From: Candidatus Tayloriibacteriota bacterium
Lineage (GTDB): Bacteria; Patescibacteriota; Minisyncoccia; Phycocordibacterales; CAIRYW01
NCBI GenBank assembly: GCA_028286725.1
Contig: JAQBQZ010000007.1
Span: 71,262-135,261 of the forward strand
Direction of reading: 5' to 3'
DNA: 64,000 nt
Shown here: in pieces, positions 60,678 to 64,000 of the stretch
How positions within the stretch are numbered: position 1 is the stretch's first letter
Layout: each line of letters opens with the position of its first letter
Notes under the pieces: model-generated
What the model was told of the DNA's origin: nothing
Database searches by the model: none
The model's input: only the letters and a program-made list of their open reading frames with translations
Made by a program: the position numbers and the translations under genes

Positions 60678-60950
60678 CTACTTGTCAAATTTGAGGGTTT
60701 GAAGCCGGCTCAAGAACTTACCCTGTTTTCCTTTCAGGGGTTCAAAACCATGAGTGACTCCGTCTGAAGCGTTACATTCAACGTTCAGTATCCATCCTCC
60801 TTTTGGATAACCTCTGTCGGGCAAGAAAGTGACTCGGGCACCGTTAATGGCTTTGTAGTCTGCCATTTCCCCGATATGGGTAATGGGGGCCGAATATTTC
60901 AGTTTTTTGGCTCCTCCTGTGAGGGCTACGATTGTAATGTGTGCATGCAT
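60678..60950 (-). CDS. Orphan cassette-type protein (90 aa)
   Basis: Start MHAHITIV; promoter TTTACA-N17-TTTATT; terminator ccagcacga...tcgcgctgg-Tn. Confidence 0.55.
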   Translation of the reverse strand: MHAHITIVALTGGAKKLKYSAPITHIGEMADYKAINGARVTFLPDRGYPKGGWILNVECNASDGVTHGFEPLKGKQGKFLSRLQTLKFDK

Positions 60951-61061
60951 GGCAGTGGTGTGAGTTCGTTGGCTCAGATAAATAAAGCACAAATTATCAA
61001 TAATGTAAAGGTGAATAAATAAAAACTCCACTGAAAAGTGGAGTTGAATTTCAAGAACAAT

Positions 61062-61325
61062 TTAGTGACTTGGAGTATGAATGGTTCCAAAACGCTTTTG
61101 GAGTTGATCGAAATGTTCCACTGGAAATATTTCATCATTGCTGCCATCGCGAGCTTTCACTTGCTCTTCATCTTCGTCAGAGATGATTTCAACAGCATCA
61201 ATGATTCTTCCGTTTCCAATTTTGGCGCCTGCGAGCCCACGGGCACTACCAATTTCGCTGAAAGTGACTGGACAAATACCAACCACCAATTTCCCATCTT
61301 CTTTCCAAGTAAATACGGCTTTCAT
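61062..61325 (-). CDS. Orphan cassette-type protein (87 aa)
   Basis: Start MKAVFTWK; TTTACA promoter; terminator aactccact-tttc-agtggagtt-Tn. Confidence 0.55.
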   Translation of the reverse strand: MKAVFTWKEDGKLVVGICPVTFSEIGSARGLAGAKIGNGRIIDAVEIISDEDEEQVKARDGSNDEIFPVEHFDQLQKRFGTIHTPSH

Positions 61326-61364
61326 CGCTATGAATAAAATCATAAATATGTTATTTTGTAAATT

Positions 61365-62462
61365 ATGCAAATTTCAATCGGAATCGTCGGCCTCCCAAAC
61401 GTAGGCAAATCAACTCTCTTCAATGCGCTGACCAAAAAGTCTGTGCCTGCTGAGAATTATCCATTCTGTACTATAGATCCATCTGTAGGAGTTGTTCCTG
61501 TGCCCGATACTCGACTCTACCAACTTGCAGCATTTTCAAAAACTCAAAAAACAGTTCCGGCAATTGTTGAATTCGTAGATATCGCAGGACTCGTCAAAGG
61601 TGCATCAGAAGGTGAAGGTCTCGGTAACAAATTCCTTTCTCATATTCGAGAAGTGGATGCAATCTGTGAGGTGGTACGAATCTTTGAGGACAGTAATGTG
61701 ATCCATGTGGATGGCAAGATTGATCCGGTGTCAGACATTGGAGTTATCAATCTCGAGCTTGTGCTCGCAGATCATGAGACAGTATCAAAAAGACTTGGAA
61801 CTATCGAAAAGGATGTGAAACGAGGGGACAAAGAGGCAATCAAGGTCAAAGAAACTTTGGACAAAGTTGTAAAAGTCCTTGAGAAAGGCCAGCTCGCAAC
61901 AGATGCAGAGCTCACAGATGAGGAAAGATTCTCGCTCAAGAGTCTCGCACTCCTGACACTCAAACCTATTATGTATGTCTTGAACAAAAAAGCGGGAGGA
62001 ACAAATCTCGATGAACTCAAAGATTCGAGATGGAATGCGCTTATGGATTTTCTAAAAACTTCAAAAGCTGGATATTGTATCGTGGATGCGGGTGTAGAAC
62101 ATGAACTCAAAGATTTTGAAGGAGAAGAAAAAGAAATGTTTCGAAGTGAACTTGGATCAAATGATGATGGTATTAATACGCTTATTAAGAAAGGTTACGA
62201 TCTTTTGGGACTTGAAACATTCTTTACGACAGGAGAAGTGGAAACACGGGCGTGGACTATCGCAAAGAATTCAACAGCACCAATCGCGGGTACTGCGATT
62301 CATAATGACTTTAAAGACAAATTCATTCGAGCAGAAGTGATCGAATGGAACAAGCTTCTCGAAGCAGGAAGTTTTGGTTCTGCACGAGAAAAAGGGTGGC
62401 TTCGAACTGAAGGGAAGGAATATGTAGTGCACGACGGGGATGTAATGGAATTTCGAGTTTAA
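61365..62462 (+). CDS. ychF: Redox-regulated ATPase YchF
   Basis: [42 protein letters not shown] domain. Confidence 0.97.
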   Translation: MQISIGIVGLPNVGKSTLFNALTKKSVPAENYPFCTIDPSVGVVPVPDTRLYQLAAFSKTQKTVPAIVEFVDIAGLVKGASEGEGLGNKFLSHIREVDAICEVVRIFEDSNVIHVDGKIDPVSDIGVINLELVLADHETVSKRLGTIEKDVKRGDKEAIKVKETLDKVVKVLEKGQLATDAELTDEERFSLKSLALLTLKPIMYVLNKKAGGTNLDELKDSRWNALMDFLKTSKAGYCIVDAGVEHELKDFEGEEKEMFRSELGSNDDGINTLIKKGYDLLGLETFFTTGEVETRAWTIAKNSTAPIAGTAIHNDFKDKFIRAEVIEWNKLLEAGSFGSAREKGWLRTEGKEYVVHDGDVMEFRV

Positions 62463-62483
62463 AAATATTTAAAATAAAACAAC

Positions 62484-62517
62484 AAACCGCATCGCGCCCT
62501 AGGGCGCGATGCGGTTT
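62484..62517. terminator. Perfect 34-bp palindrome/terminator
   Basis: aaaccgcatcgcgccct|agggcgcgatgcggttt. Confidence 0.85.
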
Positions 62518-62582
62518 CTTTTAAAATCAATTCCGTTGTATTATTTAAGTTAGATATTCATTACTAAATTAATCATTATTTT

Positions 62583-63497
62583 ATGCAAAACTCACAAGCG
62601 CCAAAGAATTTCTTTATTCAAATCGGTATATTTGCATCACTCTACATATCAGCGATCAGCTTCTTGGTATTTCTTTTTTCTGTTATTAATCATGCGTTCC
62701 CTCAGGTCTTGGATTATTATCCTGATACTTCGGCTATACGGTTTTCTATTTCGACACTCATTGTGGTGTTTCCTCTCTTTATTTGGCTTGGACGAGTATA
62801 TCGAAAGTTTGTGGTAGCTAATCCTGAATATAAAGAGAGTAAGCTTCGAAAATGGATCACTTATTTTACGCTTACACTCACGGGCGCAACTATCGCAGGC
62901 GACGTGATCGTTCTCATTAATTCATTCCTTGCAGGTGCTGATTTTACAGCAGGGTTCCTACTTAAGGTTCTTTCGGTATTTGTGGTCACTGGAGGAATAT
63001 TTATCTATTGCCTTAAAGATCTTAAAGGATATTTCGATGAGGATCCTAAACGGTCAAAGATTTGGGCCATCGCAGTGTCTGTCATAGTTTTACTTTCAAT
63101 CATTATTGGATTTGTAATGATAGGCTCACCAAAGCATCAGCGAGATGTTAATTATGATGCAGAGAGAGTAAGTGATTTGAGTAATCTTCAATATCAAGTT
63201 GTGAATTACTATCAGCAGAAAGGCTCATTACCTGTAGTTTTGAGTGATATGGTAGATCCGCTTTCAGGAAATGTGATTCCTCTTGATCCAGAAACTTTCA
63301 AAGGGTATGAATACAAAACAACAGGTAAATTATCTTTTGAGGTTTGTGCAAATTTCAAAACGCTATCCGATAATAGCAAGACGGCTGCGGTCTATGGAAT
63401 GACTGGCGATGAGAGTTGGCAGCATGGTGCGGAGAGAACTTGTTTTGCGCGAAATATCGATCCTCAAAAATACCCTTTAATTAGCGGAAAAAACTAA
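62583..63497 (+). CDS. DUF5671-like membrane protein with pilin-like C-terminal domain
   Basis: Multiple TM helices, RKWITY.TL, D.ERVSDL..L...V..YY...G.LP..L, DPET...YEY, F.VCA.F. Confidence 0.75.
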   Translation: MQNSQAPKNFFIQIGIFASLYISAISFLVFLFSVINHAFPQVLDYYPDTSAIRFSISTLIVVFPLFIWLGRVYRKFVVANPEYKESKLRKWITYFTLTLTGATIAGDVIVLINSFLAGADFTAGFLLKVLSVFVVTGGIFIYCLKDLKGYFDEDPKRSKIWAIAVSVIVLLSIIIGFVMIGSPKHQRDVNYDAERVSDLSNLQYQVVNYYQQKGSLPVVLSDMVDPLSGNVIPLDPETFKGYEYKTTGKLSFEVCANFKTLSDNSKTAAVYGMTGDESWQHGAERTCFARNIDPQKYPLISGKN

Positions 63498-63568
63498 ATA
63501 TAAAGTCAGAAACAAAGCGAAGCGTGTCCAAAAGGTGCGCTTCGCTTTTGTCATATTTTGTTGTATAA

Positions 63569-64000
<432 letters not shown>

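Overview
AT-rich bacterial chromosome segment. Gene content and protein families point to Patescibacteria/CPR (Parcubacteria-like); this is an inference, not a database result. Genes read intact under the standard code. The backbone includes gapA, rpiB, rpe, split transketolase, pfkB, fba, uvrC-like, ddl, class Ic ribonucleotide reductase (nrdAB), split phosphomannomutase, tsaC, pyrH, an F1Fo ATP synthase operon, riboflavin kinase/ribE/ribH, ahcY, mltG, ychF and partial leuS. Four structures stand out. (1) An ~8.2 kb phage-satellite-like element is integrated at the 3' end of tRNA-Ala(TGC). It carries a large serine recombinase whose C-terminal tail would be swapped by integration (attP lies inside the gene), a primase-helicase, a c4/CI-like antisense RNA and a three-gene cargo operon. 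(2) A winged-helix + Cas2/PaaX-fold gene is bracketed by two long palindromes sharing the core TTGTCACGGTCGTGACAA. (3) Partial tRNA-Ala copies with multi-hairpin inserts occur on both sides of the tRNA. (4) About nine stand-alone minus-strand orphan cassettes (promoter, C/A-rich leader, ORF, terminator) are dispersed through the window. All assignments come from reading motifs by eye; no searches were run.
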